Position numbers and translations under genes: made by a program
Shown: one piece after another, positions 46,481 to 57,400 of the stretch
Layout of the letters: each line of letters opens with the position of its first letter
How positions within the stretch are numbered: the first letter of the stretch is position 1
Origin: Terriglobia bacterium
Lineage (GTDB): Bacteria; Acidobacteriota; Terriglobia; JAJPHL01; JAPKYU01
Direction of reading: 5' to 3'
DNA length: 64,000 nucleotides
Assembly (NCBI GenBank): GCA_965206645.1
Contig: CBDBKE010000004.1
Coordinates: 768,001-832,000 of the forward strand
The notes under the pieces: model-generated
What the model saw: the letters and a program-made list of their open reading frames with translations, nothing else
Database searches by the model: none
Told to the model about the DNA's origin: nothing

Positions 46481-47821
46481 ATGGGCTTGTTTCGACAACT
46501 CGACGAAGACCTGGAGCGCCAGAAGCCGCGGCCGATGGCGGACCGCATGCGTCCGGAGTCGCTGGAGGAGATCGTGGGCCAGGAGCACATGCTGGCCCCC
46601 GGCAAGCCGCTACGCACCCAGATCGAGAAAGACCAAGTGTCCTCGGTGATCTTCTGGGGGCCTCCCGGCTCGGGCAAGACTACGCTGGCTCGCGTGATGG
46701 CCCAGTTGAGTCAGAGCCAGTTCGTCAATTTCAGCGCGGTCTTGAGCGGGATCAAGGAAATCAAGGCGGTCATGGTGGAAGCCGAGCGCGCTCGCCGGCA
46801 CGGGCACCGCACCATCCTGTTCATAGATGAAATCCATCGCTTCAACAAGGCCCAGCAGGACGCCTTCCTGCCGTACGTGGAGAAGGGCGACATCATCTTG
46901 ATCGGGGCGACCACGGAGAATCCATCGTTTGAGGTGATCTCGGCCCTGCTCTCCCGCAGCCGGGTGTACGCGCTGAACCCGCTGCGGGTGGAGGAAATCC
47001 TGGTGCTGCTGGGGCGGGCACTGGGCGACGAGCGCCGCGGCCTCGGGAAGCTGAGTGCGGAAATCTCCGAAGAGCTGCTGCACCAGATCGCGGTTTTTGC
47101 CAACGGCGACGCCCGCGCTGCTTACAACGCCCTGGAGGCGGCGGTGCTGGCCACTCCAGCCGGGCCTGAGGGTCAGATCACCGTGTCGCCCCAAATTGTC
47201 GCAGATGCCCTCCAGCGCAAGGTACTGCCCTATGACAAGGCGGGCGAGCAGCACTACAACCTGATCTCCGCCCTGCACAAGTCTGTGCGCAATAGCGATC
47301 CCGATGCAGCCATTTACTGGCTGGCGCGGATGCTGGAAGCGGGCGAGGATCCGCTCTACCTGGCGCGCCGCCTGATTCGCATGGCCAGCGAAGACATCGG
47401 GATGGCCGACCCGCAGGCGCTGCCGGTGACGGTGGCCGCCATGCAGGCGGTGCACTTCGTGGGAATGCCCGAGGGAAACCTGGCGCTGGCCGAGGCCGCC
47501 GTGTATCTGGCACTAGCGCCCAAGTCCAATGCGCTGTACGCCGGCTACAACGCCGTGCGGCAGGACGTGGAGCGGACGGTGGCCGAGCCGGTCCCCCTCC
47601 ATTTGCGCAATGCCGCCACCCCGTTGATGCAGCAGTTCGGCTACGGCAAAGGCTACCAGTATGCGCACGACCTGGAGGAGCGGGTAGCCACGGACATGCC
47701 CTGCTTGCCCGAGAACCTGGCCGGCCGCCAATACTACACTCCCAGCAGCGAAGGGCTGGAGGCGCAATTTCGCCACAGGCTGGAGCAGATCCGCCAACGG
47801 CGCAAAACCGCCAAACGCTGA
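46481..47821 (+). CDS. rarA: Replication-associated recombination protein A
   Basis: [41 protein letters not shown]. Confidence 0.96.
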   Translation: MGLFRQLDEDLERQKPRPMADRMRPESLEEIVGQEHMLAPGKPLRTQIEKDQVSSVIFWGPPGSGKTTLARVMAQLSQSQFVNFSAVLSGIKEIKAVMVEAERARRHGHRTILFIDEIHRFNKAQQDAFLPYVEKGDIILIGATTENPSFEVISALLSRSRVYALNPLRVEEILVLLGRALGDERRGLGKLSAEISEELLHQIAVFANGDARAAYNALEAAVLATPAGPEGQITVSPQIVADALQRKVLPYDKAGEQHYNLISALHKSVRNSDPDAAIYWLARMLEAGEDPLYLARRLIRMASEDIGMADPQALPVTVAAMQAVHFVGMPEGNLALAEAAVYLALAPKSNALYAGYNAVRQDVERTVAEPVPLHLRNAATPLMQQFGYGKGYQYAHDLEERVATDMPCLPENLAGRQYYTPSSEGLEAQFRHRLEQIRQRRKTAKR

Positions 47822-47900
47822 AGGTGGCTGTGTTAGAGTAGCTTCCGGACAGGGCCAAGTAGCCATCGGCCAACTTTTAGGAAAGGAGAATGATTCGCCG

Positions 47901-48377
47901 ATGAAAGGAAATGCCAAAGTCATGGAGGTGTTGCAAGAGGCGCTGAAGGCGGAGTTGACCGCGATTAACCAGTATTTCGTCCACGCGGAGATGTGCGAGA
48001 ACTGGGGATACCATCGTCTGTCCGAGGTTACCAAGAAGGAAGCCATTGATGAGATGAAGCACGCCGAGAAGTTGATCGAGCGCATCCTGTTCCTGGAAGC
48101 GGTGCCAAATATGACTTTTTTCAAGATCAAGATTGGCGAAACTGTCCAAAAGCAGCTAGAAAACGACCTGGCGCTTGAAATTGACGCAGTCCGCCGCTAC
48201 AACGAAGGCATCCAGATCTGCCGCCAGCAGGGCGATAACGGCTCCCGCGATCTGATCCAGCAACTTCTCGAAAACGAAGAAACACACGTGGACTTTTTGG
48301 AAACGCAGCTCCACCTGATCGGTGAGGTTGGACTCGACAACTATTTGAGCGAGCAGATGGGCGGGAATGAATCGTAA
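47901..48377 (+). CDS. bfr: Bacterioferritin
   Basis: MKG, ELTAINQYFVH, IDEMKHA (haem Met), EETHVDFLE. Confidence 0.96.
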   Translation: MKGNAKVMEVLQEALKAELTAINQYFVHAEMCENWGYHRLSEVTKKEAIDEMKHAEKLIERILFLEAVPNMTFFKIKIGETVQKQLENDLALEIDAVRRYNEGIQICRQQGDNGSRDLIQQLLENEETHVDFLETQLHLIGEVGLDNYLSEQMGGNES

Positions 48378-48386
48378 AAGAAATTG

Positions 48387-49430
48387 ATGAAACAACCGAC
48401 CCCACGCAAGATATTGGTCACAGATCATGCCTGGCCAACCCTGGCCCTGGAACAACAAGTCTTGGGACGCGTGAACGCGCGCCTGGTGGAGGCAAGAACC
48501 GGCTCCGAGGAAGAGCTGGTGGAGCTGGCGCCCGAGGCGGCCGGCATCCTGACCTGCTGGAAGCCGGTCACCCGGCGAGTGATTGAACAGGCCACGGGAT
48601 GTCTGGCCATCGCCCGTTATGGCATCGGTCTGGACAACATCGATGTTCCGTGTGCCACGGAGCACGGTATCGTGGTGACCAACGTTCCCAGCTATTGCCG
48701 GGATGAGGTCGCCGAGCACGCCCTGTCCCTAATTCTGGCCTGCGCACGCAAAGTCGCGGCTTTCGACAGCTCCAACAAAGCTGGGGTGTACAACCTTAGA
48801 GCCCAGGCGCCCATCTATCGCATCCGGGGAAAGACCCTGGGCATCGTCGGCTTTGGTCAGATTGGCAGGACGTTGTTTCAGAAAGCTTCCGGGCTGGGTA
48901 TGCAAACCCTGGTTTATGACGTGGTCCCTGTGCCTGCCTCCCTGGAGCGCAAGGTGAAGGCGGTTGCGTTGGAGGAACTGCTAGCAAGCAGTGATTTCAT
49001 TTCCCTCCACGTACCCCTGCTCCCGCAAACCCGGAACTTGATGAGACTCGAGACCTTTCGGAAAATGAAGCCCACCGCCTTCCTGGTCAATACCTGTCGC
49101 GGTGAGGTCATAGACGGCTCCGCGTTGATCCAGGCTCTAGACGAAGGGCTGATTGCCGGGGCCGCCCTTGACGTCTTTCCTCAGGAGCCGCCGCCGCCCG
49201 ACTCGCCGTTGCTGCGGCATCCGAAGATCATTGCCACCCCGCACGCCTCCTTCTATTCGGAGGAATCCCTGCAGGAGTTACAGGAAACTGCGGCGACGCA
49301 AATGGCAGACGTGCTGAGGGGCAAGCTTCCCCGCTGGATTGTCAATCAAGGAGTTCTATCCCAATCCAATCTCCGAGCTTCTTTCAGGAAAAGAAAAGCA
49401 GCGACCCGGTCTCATTCATCCACCGGGTGA
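48387..49430 (+). CDS. D-isomer-specific 2-hydroxyacid dehydrogenase (CtBP-like)
   Basis: RYGIGLDNID, GIVGFGQIG, LVNTCRG, ATPH. Confidence 0.92.
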   Translation: MKQPTPRKILVTDHAWPTLALEQQVLGRVNARLVEARTGSEEELVELAPEAAGILTCWKPVTRRVIEQATGCLAIARYGIGLDNIDVPCATEHGIVVTNVPSYCRDEVAEHALSLILACARKVAAFDSSNKAGVYNLRAQAPIYRIRGKTLGIVGFGQIGRTLFQKASGLGMQTLVYDVVPVPASLERKVKAVALEELLASSDFISLHVPLLPQTRNLMRLETFRKMKPTAFLVNTCRGEVIDGSALIQALDEGLIAGAALDVFPQEPPPPDSPLLRHPKIIATPHASFYSEESLQELQETAATQMADVLRGKLPRWIVNQGVLSQSNLRASFRKRKAATRSHSSTG

Positions 49431-49620
49431 ATTCCCGACCCTACAGCGCGTTTAGAAATCTGGAACGTAGGACCAGCTTCCGGCTCCAATCCGTGGCTGC
49501 TTTCTTCCACCCACGATCTGACAAACCAACGGCCCATCGCGTCGGAGAGGTTAAAACCCTGGGTTGACAAGACGGCACCGATCGGGCATGTTGACCAGCG
49601 CGAATCGTCTGGAGGGCGCT

Positions 49621-50424
49621 GTGAAATGGATACGTGAAAGAGCGTTGCGTGGAGAGTTGCTGGCTGGCACCTTTCTTAATCTGGGTTCCAGCCTGACGGC
49701 GGAAATCGCCGGGCGAGCTGGGCTGGATTGGGTCGTGATTGACCTCGAGCATGGTGCCGGCGACCGACAGAATCTGCTGCTTCAATTGCAGGCCCTGGAA
49801 GGCACCACGACCGTGCCGCTGGTGCGCGTGCCGTGGAATGACCTGGTGTGGTTCAAGCGAGTGCTCGACCTGGGAGCTTCCGGCGTGATGGTGCCGTGGG
49901 TGAATTCCGCCGAGGAAGCCCGGCGCGCGGTCGCGGCCAGGCGTTTCCCGCCGCAGGGGACGCGGGGCGTGGCCTCCTCGAACCGGGCGTCCGCATTTGG
50001 TGCCGACTTTGACGCCTACTTTCGCTCCGCCAACGACCAGTTGCTGCTCGCAGCCCAGATCGAAACTCGCCAGGCGCTAGAGTCGGTCGAGGAGATCGCA
50101 GCGGTCGACGGTGTGGACGTACTGTTCGTCGGTCCGCTGGACCTGAGCGTCAGTCTGGGCGTCCCGCGCCAGCTCGCCCATCCCGACATGCGCGCGGCCA
50201 AGGCAAGAGTGGTCGAGGCATGCCGCCGGGCAGGCAAGGCGGCGGGGATCTTGATAGCGCAGGAGAAGGAAATCCAGGAAACCGTTGACAGCGGTTTTTC
50301 GTTTGTCGGCCTCAGCTCAGATGGCGCCGTCGTGTTGCAGGGAATGAACCGGATCGTCGCCACGTTTCAGACCGCGTTTCAGAAGATGAAGGGCAGCAAG
50401 GGCGGGCCGCCGCCGTCTGCCTGA
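49621..50424 (+). CDS. HpcH/HpaI aldolase family protein
   Basis: IDLEHG, LVRVP, LDLGA, QIET, LFVGPLDLS. GTG start after GGAGG. Confidence 0.92.
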   Translation: MKWIRERALRGELLAGTFLNLGSSLTAEIAGRAGLDWVVIDLEHGAGDRQNLLLQLQALEGTTTVPLVRVPWNDLVWFKRVLDLGASGVMVPWVNSAEEARRAVAARRFPPQGTRGVASSNRASAFGADFDAYFRSANDQLLLAAQIETRQALESVEEIAAVDGVDVLFVGPLDLSVSLGVPRQLAHPDMRAAKARVVEACRRAGKAAGILIAQEKEIQETVDSGFSFVGLSSDGAVVLQGMNRIVATFQTAFQKMKGSKGGPPPSA

Positions 50425-50437
50425 ATTTCTACACCTT

Positions 50438-50477
50438 TCTTACCTCTGGTCTTACCACTGGGTCTTACCATTGGTCT
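50438..50477. repeat. Degenerate 12-13-bp tandem repeat (TCTTACCNNTGG) x3
   Basis: tcttacctctgg tcttaccactggg tcttaccattgg tct. Confidence 0.65.
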
Positions 50478-50579
50478 GAACACTCGATCAATCCGGCCCG
50501 CGTAAGCGTGGTTGTGTCTCAGGAACCTTGCGTGGAACTTGTCTGGGAAGCAGGGGAAGGACCGCGCAGAGGGCGCCGT

Positions 50580-50987
50580 TCAGTCCTGGCGCTTGCGGTG
50601 TTCCTTGAGCGTGCAGTGGTCCATCACCACCAGCAAGCCAGCGCGGCGGGCTCGTTCGGCGGCTTCCGGATCTTCGACGCCCTCCTGCATCCAGACAGCG
50701 CTGGCGCCGATGCGGATGGCAGAATCCACAATCGGCCCCGCGTGCTCTGAGCGACGGAAGATGTTCACCAGGTCCACCTTTTCCGGCACATCTTCCAGGC
50801 GGGCATAGCTTTTCTCTCCCAGCACTTGGGTTTCGTGTGGGTTGACGGGAATAATGCGGTACCCGGCGCGCTGCATGTATTCCGACACACCGAAGCTGGG
50901 CCTGTGAGGTTTGCCGGAGAGCCCGATCACGGCGATCGTGCGACAGCTGCTGAGGATTTCGTCAATCTCCCGGTCCAGGTTGCGCAT
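50580..50987 (-). CDS. CoA-binding protein (YccU-like)
   Basis: IAVIGLS...RPS, PVNP, VWMQEG, MDHC. Confidence 0.92.
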   Translation of the reverse strand: MRNLDREIDEILSSCRTIAVIGLSGKPHRPSFGVSEYMQRAGYRIIPVNPHETQVLGEKSYARLEDVPEKVDLVNIFRRSEHAGPIVDSAIRIGASAVWMQEGVEDPEAAERARRAGLLVVMDHCTLKEHRKRQD

Positions 50988-51058
50988 GCTTTCCCTAGGC
51001 GAACATGGCCTCCATCTCGCAGCAGAAAACTGCCCTCGGTGGTGAGGCTTTCCGGCCC

Positions 51059-51838
51059 TTAGACGGCGGCCCTGCTCGCCCGGCTACCTTCTTGGTGGGC
51101 CCGTCCCCGCGCCGCTGCCTTCCCGGGCAGAATGCGCCGAAAGCGTTCCACTTCCCGCGGCGTCAGACTCCGGTATTCCCCCATCGGCAGGTCGTCCAGC
51201 TTCAGGAAACCGATTTGGACGCGCCTCAGCTTTTCCACCAGATGGCCAACGCTGCCGAACATGCGACGGATCTGGTTCTGACGGCCCTCGGTCAGCTCAA
51301 CCTCATACCAAGGGTTGGAGGTATCGCGCAGCGAGCGAATCTTGGCCGGCGCCGTTAACCGTCCGCCTAGCCACACGCCCCGGCGCAGCTTCTCCAGTTC
51401 AGTCGGCGCCAGCCGCCCGTCGACCTTGACCCAATAGGTCTTGGGCACGTGAGCGCTGGCGGACATAATCAGGTTGGCGAACTCGCCGTCGTTGGTGAAC
51501 AGCAGCAGGCCCTCGGAGTGGTAATCCAGGCGCCCGACCGGGTAGACACGTGTTGGAATACCTCGCAGCAGGTCGGTCACTTTCCGCCGACCCTGGGGAT
51601 CGAACAGGGTGGTGACGTAGCCGCGGGGCTTGTTCAGCATCAAGTAGAACTGCCGCCGGGGCAAGCGTACCAGGCGCCCGTCCACCTTCACATGATCGCG
51701 CCCGATATCGGCCTTGGAACCCAGTTCGCGGATCACCGCCCCGTTGACGGTGACGCGCCCTTCGAGGATGTACTGCTCCGCCTTGCGCCGGCTGGTGATG
51801 CCGGCGCGGGAGAGAGCTTTTTGCAGTCGCTCCTGCAT
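51059..51838 (-). CDS. rluB: 23S rRNA pseudouridine synthase (RluB/RsuA family)
   Basis: S4 domain RLQKAL..SRR, LNKPRG, VGRLD, EGRQNQIRRM; follows scpB. Confidence 0.9.
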   Translation of the reverse strand: MQERLQKALSRAGITSRRKAEQYILEGRVTVNGAVIRELGSKADIGRDHVKVDGRLVRLPRRQFYLMLNKPRGYVTTLFDPQGRRKVTDLLRGIPTRVYPVGRLDYHSEGLLLFTNDGEFANLIMSASAHVPKTYWVKVDGRLAPTELEKLRRGVWLGGRLTAPAKIRSLRDTSNPWYEVELTEGRQNQIRRMFGSVGHLVEKLRRVQIGFLKLDDLPMGEYRSLTPREVERFRRILPGKAAARGRAHQEGSRASRAAV

Positions 51839-51932
51839 TAACACCTTAATCAACAAGTGCTAGACACCACCGACCACGTGTCCATGGAAGGTGTCATGCT
51901 CCGAAAACCGAGGCGCGACAGCGGGAGCTTCC

Positions 51933-52490
51933 TTATCCGGCTATGGCGGCTCGGTTCAGCTCCTCAAATTCCTTTAGGCTTGGCAGTTCGCTCAGGTCCT
52001 TGAGCCCAAACTGGAACAGGAAATCGCGTGTCGTGCGATACAGAATCGGCCGACCGATCACGTCCTTGCGTCCCGCCGTGTTAACTAACTTTTTCTCCAG
52101 CAAGGTCTTGACGACGGCCGCGGCGTTGACCCCTCGCACCTCCTGGATTTCGGGCAGCGTCACCGGCTGGCGGTAGGCGACGACCGCCAGCGTCTCCAGC
52201 GCTGCCAGCGACAACCGCATCGGCAGCTTCAGTGCCTTGACGAACTGCCGCACCGCTTCGTGATGTTCCGGCTTGGTGGCCATCTTGTAGCCGCCCGCCA
52301 CCTGTTTAATCTCGATCCCTCGCCCGTCGCTCCGGTATTCGGCAATCAGCTCCTCAATCGCGGGGCGGATTTCCTCTTTCCTTGGGGAATTCTCAATCGC
52401 CCCCTGGCTCAGGGCAGCGGTGATCTGCTCCACCGTAACCGGCTCCTCGGCCGCGTAAATGATTGCTTCAACAACAGGCTTGCAATCCAT
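51933..52490 (-). CDS. scpB: SMC-Scp complex subunit ScpB
   Basis: LSLAALETLAVVAYRQPVT, GRPILYRTT..FL..FGL. Confidence 0.95.
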   Translation of the reverse strand: MDCKPVVEAIIYAAEEPVTVEQITAALSQGAIENSPRKEEIRPAIEELIAEYRSDGRGIEIKQVAGGYKMATKPEHHEAVRQFVKALKLPMRLSLAALETLAVVAYRQPVTLPEIQEVRGVNAAAVVKTLLEKKLVNTAGRKDVIGRPILYRTTRDFLFQFGLKDLSELPSLKEFEELNRAAIAG

Positions 52491-52524
52491 AACCTAGTCT
52501 TGCGGTTTGGTCGCCTATGATCGC

Positions 52525-53343
52525 CTATGAGTGCGAGGGCGAACCACCCTGGGGCAAATCCTCTTCCTCCAGAACCGGCTTCCCCAGCAGCTGTTCCACC
52601 GGCTCGGCCGAATAGAGGCGAGCGAAGTTGCGGTGGCGGCGCAGGAGAATCTCGCCAAAGGCTTCTTTCTGGCGCAGGACAATGGCCTGAAGGCGCACCA
52701 TCTCCAGGATGGCCAGGAACAAAGTAATCAGTGCACGGCGCGCAGGGAACAGGTCAAACAACTCGCCCAGCGCCAACGAACCGCGGGCTTGAGCCAGGCG
52801 GTCGCGCAGCCATTGGATCATCTGGGCAAGGGTGACTTCTTCCGGCTCGATGTCCAGCCGGGGGCGAGTGCGCGCCCGCTCCAACACCTGCTGGAAGGTC
52901 TTCACCAGATCGAACAGGTTTACTGCCAAGCCCGGCTCCTCGGAATCGTCAGCGAACGCCTTCAGTGCCGGGTTGGACCAGGCTGCTGCCTCCAGCATCT
53001 GCCTTTCGTGCAACATCTGCGCCGCCTGCTTGAACTTCTCATATTCCAGCAGCTGGTCCACCAGCTCCTGGCGCGGGTCCTCCTGCTGCTCGGGAGGCAG
53101 GGTCGGGTCGGGTGGCAACAGCATTCTGGATTTGATGTGGATGAGCGTGGCCGCCATGTAGATGAACTCACCGGCCACGTCAATGTCCAGCTCCTGCAGT
53201 CGATGGATGTAGTCCAGATATTGGGCGGTGATCTGGGCGATCGGGATGTCGCAGATGTCCAGCTCTTGCTTTCGGATCAGGTCTAACAGCAGGTCGAGAG
53301 GCCCTTCATAGGTTTGCAGGGTGACGTTGAGGGATGACTCCAC
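52525..53343 (-). CDS. scpA: Segregation/condensation protein A (kleisin)
   Basis: YEGPLDLLLDLI, MAATLIHIKSRMLLP, FLAILEM. Confidence 0.95.
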   Translation of the reverse strand: MESSLNVTLQTYEGPLDLLLDLIRKQELDICDIPIAQITAQYLDYIHRLQELDIDVAGEFIYMAATLIHIKSRMLLPPDPTLPPEQQEDPRQELVDQLLEYEKFKQAAQMLHERQMLEAAAWSNPALKAFADDSEEPGLAVNLFDLVKTFQQVLERARTRPRLDIEPEEVTLAQMIQWLRDRLAQARGSLALGELFDLFPARRALITLFLAILEMVRLQAIVLRQKEAFGEILLRRHRNFARLYSAEPVEQLLGKPVLEEEDLPQGGSPSHS

Positions 53344-53477
53344 ACCCGCATTTTAGCACGATGAGGCAGAATTGCTGGCCGCCGGCAAGAAGGACCGGAG
53401 GGCGATGCGCCGCTTGCATTGCCCGCTGTGCTTGCTATTCTTCTTCACGACGAGCTGCTTTCGGTGCTCGCGCAATT

Positions 53478-54416
53478 ATGTCCACACAACGCGTCGTCTC
53501 TCTGATTGCCAGCAGCACGGAAATTGTTTGTGCGCTTGGCTTCCAGCACCGGCTGGTGGGGCGCTCACACGAGTGCGACTTCCCCCGCTCAGTCGAGCAG
53601 CTGCCAGTCTGCACCGCACCGAAGCTCAACCCTCAGGCTTCCAGCCAGGCAATTGACCAGCAGGTAAAACGCATCTTGCAAGATGGATTGTCGGTGTATC
53701 GGGTGGATGCCGACCTGCTGAAGCAGCTTCAGCCCGACCTGATCATCACCCAAACCCAGTGCGAAGTCTGCGCCGTGAGCCTGCGGGATGTGGAACAGGC
53801 GTTGTGCGAGTGGCTGGATTCCGGCCCGCAGCAGGGCCCGACCCCACGGGTGGTCTCGCTGGAGCCGAACGCGCTGACTGACGTCTGGGCGGATGTGCAG
53901 CGCGCGGCGGAGGCGCTGGGCGCACCGTCGCGCGGGGCAGAGTTGGCCGACCGACTTCAGCAGCGGATGGCTGCGATCGCCGAGAAAGCGCGCGCGCTAA
54001 GCGCGCGACCTACGGTGGCCTGCATCGAGTGGATCGAGCCACTGATGGCCGCCGGCAACTGGATGCCCGAGTTGGTCCAGATGGCCGGTGGCGCCAACCT
54101 ATTCGGCGAGGCCGGCAAGCATTCCCCTTGGATGAGCTGGGAGCAGTTGCGGGAAGCAGACCCCGAGGTAATTGTCGTTCTGCCCTGCGGCTTTGACCTC
54201 CAGCGGTCGCGCCACGAGATGCCCGCGCTGACCGGGAAGCCGAGTTGGGGACAGTTGCAGGCGGTGCGTAACCGGCGCGTCTACCTGACTGACGGCAACC
54301 AGTATTTCAACCGCCCTGGCCCGCGCCTGGCCGAATCCCTGGAGATTTTGGCAGAGGTGCTGCACCCAGCGGCCTTCCATTTTGACCACCAGGGCTCCGG
54401 CTGGCAACCGTTGTAG
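53478..54416 (+). CDS. BtuF/TroA-like (cobalamin-binding family) protein lacking a signal peptide
   Basis: RVVSLIASSTEIV, GRSHECD, QCEVCAV, FNRPGPRL. Confidence 0.85.
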   Translation: MSTQRVVSLIASSTEIVCALGFQHRLVGRSHECDFPRSVEQLPVCTAPKLNPQASSQAIDQQVKRILQDGLSVYRVDADLLKQLQPDLIITQTQCEVCAVSLRDVEQALCEWLDSGPQQGPTPRVVSLEPNALTDVWADVQRAAEALGAPSRGAELADRLQQRMAAIAEKARALSARPTVACIEWIEPLMAAGNWMPELVQMAGGANLFGEAGKHSPWMSWEQLREADPEVIVVLPCGFDLQRSRHEMPALTGKPSWGQLQAVRNRRVYLTDGNQYFNRPGPRLAESLEILAEVLHPAAFHFDHQGSGWQPL

Positions 54417-54434
54417 CTGTCTTCTGCTTGCTGA

Positions 54435-57400
54435 CTACTCGACAGCGATGGTGACCTGTGCGCTGCCCGGGACATTGTTGATGATAATTTCAACCGATTG
54501 CGTACCCGAAGGGACGCCCGCAGGCACCTGCACGTTCATCTGGTAGAGTCCTACGAATCCCGGAGCAAGGCCGGAGAAGGTCACGGTGGCGGCTATGCCG
54601 GCAATGTTCACCAGCGGTCTACTGATCGTCTCCGCCAGCGGTGGAATATTGGGGGCAACCTCACCTGATTGGACTACGGGCTGCACCGGCCCCAACCCCG
54701 TACAAAAGATCAGCAGGAACTCGCCGGGGCGGGCCGGGGCGCTTCCGTTGACCGGCTGGAAGTTTTCCGCGTGAAGGATCGCGCCAGGGCCGGTGCCCTG
54801 CTCGTTGAGCGTAAAAATCCCCGGCGATACGGCCGCGAGCGCGATCAGCTGCGCGGCGCTCGCCTCACTGCCTCGCGTCACCTGCACCGTGACCGTCCCT
54901 GCCCCGGCCATCAGCTCAAACGGGACCTGCGCATTAATCTGCGTGCCGGAGACGAAAAACAGCGGGGCAGCTACATCGTCAAAAGTCACGCTGGTATCCC
55001 CCAGCGTCGTGGGAAGTGGTACTTCACCCGCCAGCAGGGTATCGCTCGCCAGGTCCGTTCCGAAGATGGCCACAATTGCGCCCGGGGCGATGGCTCCATT
55101 GGGGTCCGTCGCCGCCCGGAAGCTGGCGCCGTTGACCACGGAGTTGGCCGGCAGGGTTGGAGGCACTGAGGGCAGTTCCGTAAGCTTGGCGATGAAAGCG
55201 TTTTCGCTTCCGGCGTTACTGGGCTGAAAGGGGTTCGCCGTAGGGAAGTCAGTGGAACCGGTATTCCCCGTGACGTAGGCGTTTCCAGAGGCGTCCACGG
55301 CAATGTCGGAGCTTCGGTCATCGCCACCGCCGCCCAGATAGGTAGAGTAGACAAGAGCGCCGCCTGCGGCATTCAATTTCGTCACGAACGCGTCGTCCCC
55401 GCCGCCGTTCGCGGGCTGGATGGGACTGGCTGTGGGGAAGTTGCGCGAATCCGTAAGGCCCACCACGTAGGCGTTGCCGGACGTGTCTAGGGCGATGGCG
55501 AAGCCAGCGTCGGTGGCGACGCCTCCCAGGTAGGTGGAATAGAGGAGAGCGCCGCCTGCGGCATTCAATTTCGTAACGAACGCGTCGGCTAGGCCGCCGC
55601 CGAAAGCGGGCTGAATGGGACTGGCCGTGGAAAAATCGGACGAATCCGTAACCCCCGTGACGTAGGAGTTGCCGGAGGTGTCTACGGCAATGCCGAAGCC
55701 AAGCTCGTTGCCATTGCCCCCCAGGTAGGTGGAGTAAACGAGGGCATTGGCGGCCTCGTTCAGTTTCGTCACGAAGGCATCCAGGGCCCCGCGCCTCGTG
55801 GACTGGAATGGATTCGCCGTGGGGAAGTTTGTCGAAGTCGTGTCACCGTGCACGTAGGCGTTGCCGGAGGCGTCTACGGCGATTCTGAAGCCACAATCGT
55901 TGCCATTGCCGCCCAGGTAGGTGGAGTACCGGAGAACGTTGCCCGCGGCATTCAATTTCGCCACAAAGGCATCGCCTAAAGCGCCGTTCGCAGACTGGAT
56001 GGGAAGGGCCGTGGGGAAGTCGGTCGAATCGGTCTGTCCTGTCACGTAGGCGTTGCCGGAGTCGTCTAAGGAGATACCGAAGCCAAAATCGGAGGAACTA
56101 CCACCCAGGTAGGTGGAGTAAACCAGATCATCGCCTGCGGCATTCAATTTCGTCACGAAGGCGTCGTTTAAACCGCGGTTCACCACCTGGATGGGACCGG
56201 CCGTGGGGAAGTCGGTCGAATCGGTCTGTCCTGTCACATAGGCGTTGCCGGAGGCGTCCACCTCGATGTCATTGCCTTGTTCATCGCCTTCGCCGCCCAG
56301 GTAGGTGGAGTAGACGAGCGCCGAGCCTGTGGCATTCAACTTCGTCACAAAAGCGTCTACCGCGCCACCGGGGGAAAAAGCCTGGAAGGGATTTGATACG
56401 GGAAAGTTGATCGAACTGCTCCCGCCCGTCACGTAAGCGTTGCCGGCGCCATCCACGGCGATGCCGAAGCCCCGGTCAATGGCAGTGCCGCCGAGATAGG
56501 TCGAGTAGCTCAGCACCGGATCAATGATGAGCGGCTTATCGGCATCATACGTGCCCACCTCGAAGCCGACCTGGCGCCTGGCGTTGAGCACATAGGCCGC
56601 GGAGATTTCTTGCCGGATCCCATCCGTCTCCTGATAGACCAGCGGTTTCTGCAGACGGATTTGACTTCCGCCGGCGTGAAGCACCAGATCGCCTTGAACA
56701 TCTATTTCCAGTTCATCTCCGCCTCCGAAGGGGAGGCCTCCGAAGGCGAGATGTATGGCCCCAGGATCGGACCCGGGAGCAACAATCAGGTCGTACTCCA
56801 GTTGGCCCTGGTTGCCGTAGTAAACCAAATCCACGCCGGGATAAACGTCCTCGTACTTCACCTTGGCGTAGGTCGGAACGTTCGTGCGCCACTTGGCTGG
56901 ATCGTTGCCGATGAAGTAGTGACTCTTGCCCGGTAGCTCCTCCAGCCCAGTTGCCCGTGGCGAGGGGTTGGCCCCGACCAGCTTCATGCGCAGCACGGTG
57001 GATTGCAAATTGGGGTCATTCACCGCAGAGGACGCGGAGGACGCCGAGAGAAAGTTTGGAGTCATCCTCTGCGCTCTCTGCGAGCTCTGCGGTGAACTCA
57101 AAGACAGCACGGCTTCGGTGGCGGTCAAAAACAGTGTGTAGCCCCGGCCGCGCGACAGGAACGCCACCTGGCTGTTGGTCTGGCCCTCGTTTGGTTCAAA
57201 ACTCAACGGGAGGTTGCCGTAGGCCACCTCAATTGCCGGCCGCCGATTGAAGGCCGTAGATTGCTCCTGTCCGGGCTTCGTTGAAAAAACAGTGGCGATC
57301 GCGCCCCGCTCCGTTTCTCGCCGGAGAGCAGGATCGGATCCAAATCGTAATAGTCCCAGGGCCAATGCGGACAACACGAATAAGGCAAACACTTGCAAGG

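Noticed and set aside
53344-53477. Cobalamin riboswitch upstream of the BtuF-like gene
   Set aside because: The gap is short and has no recognisable B12-box.
55190-56510. DNA repeats of about 180 bp as a mobile element, array or DGR
   Set aside because: Fully explained by the coding beta-propeller blades; no reverse transcriptase is in the window.
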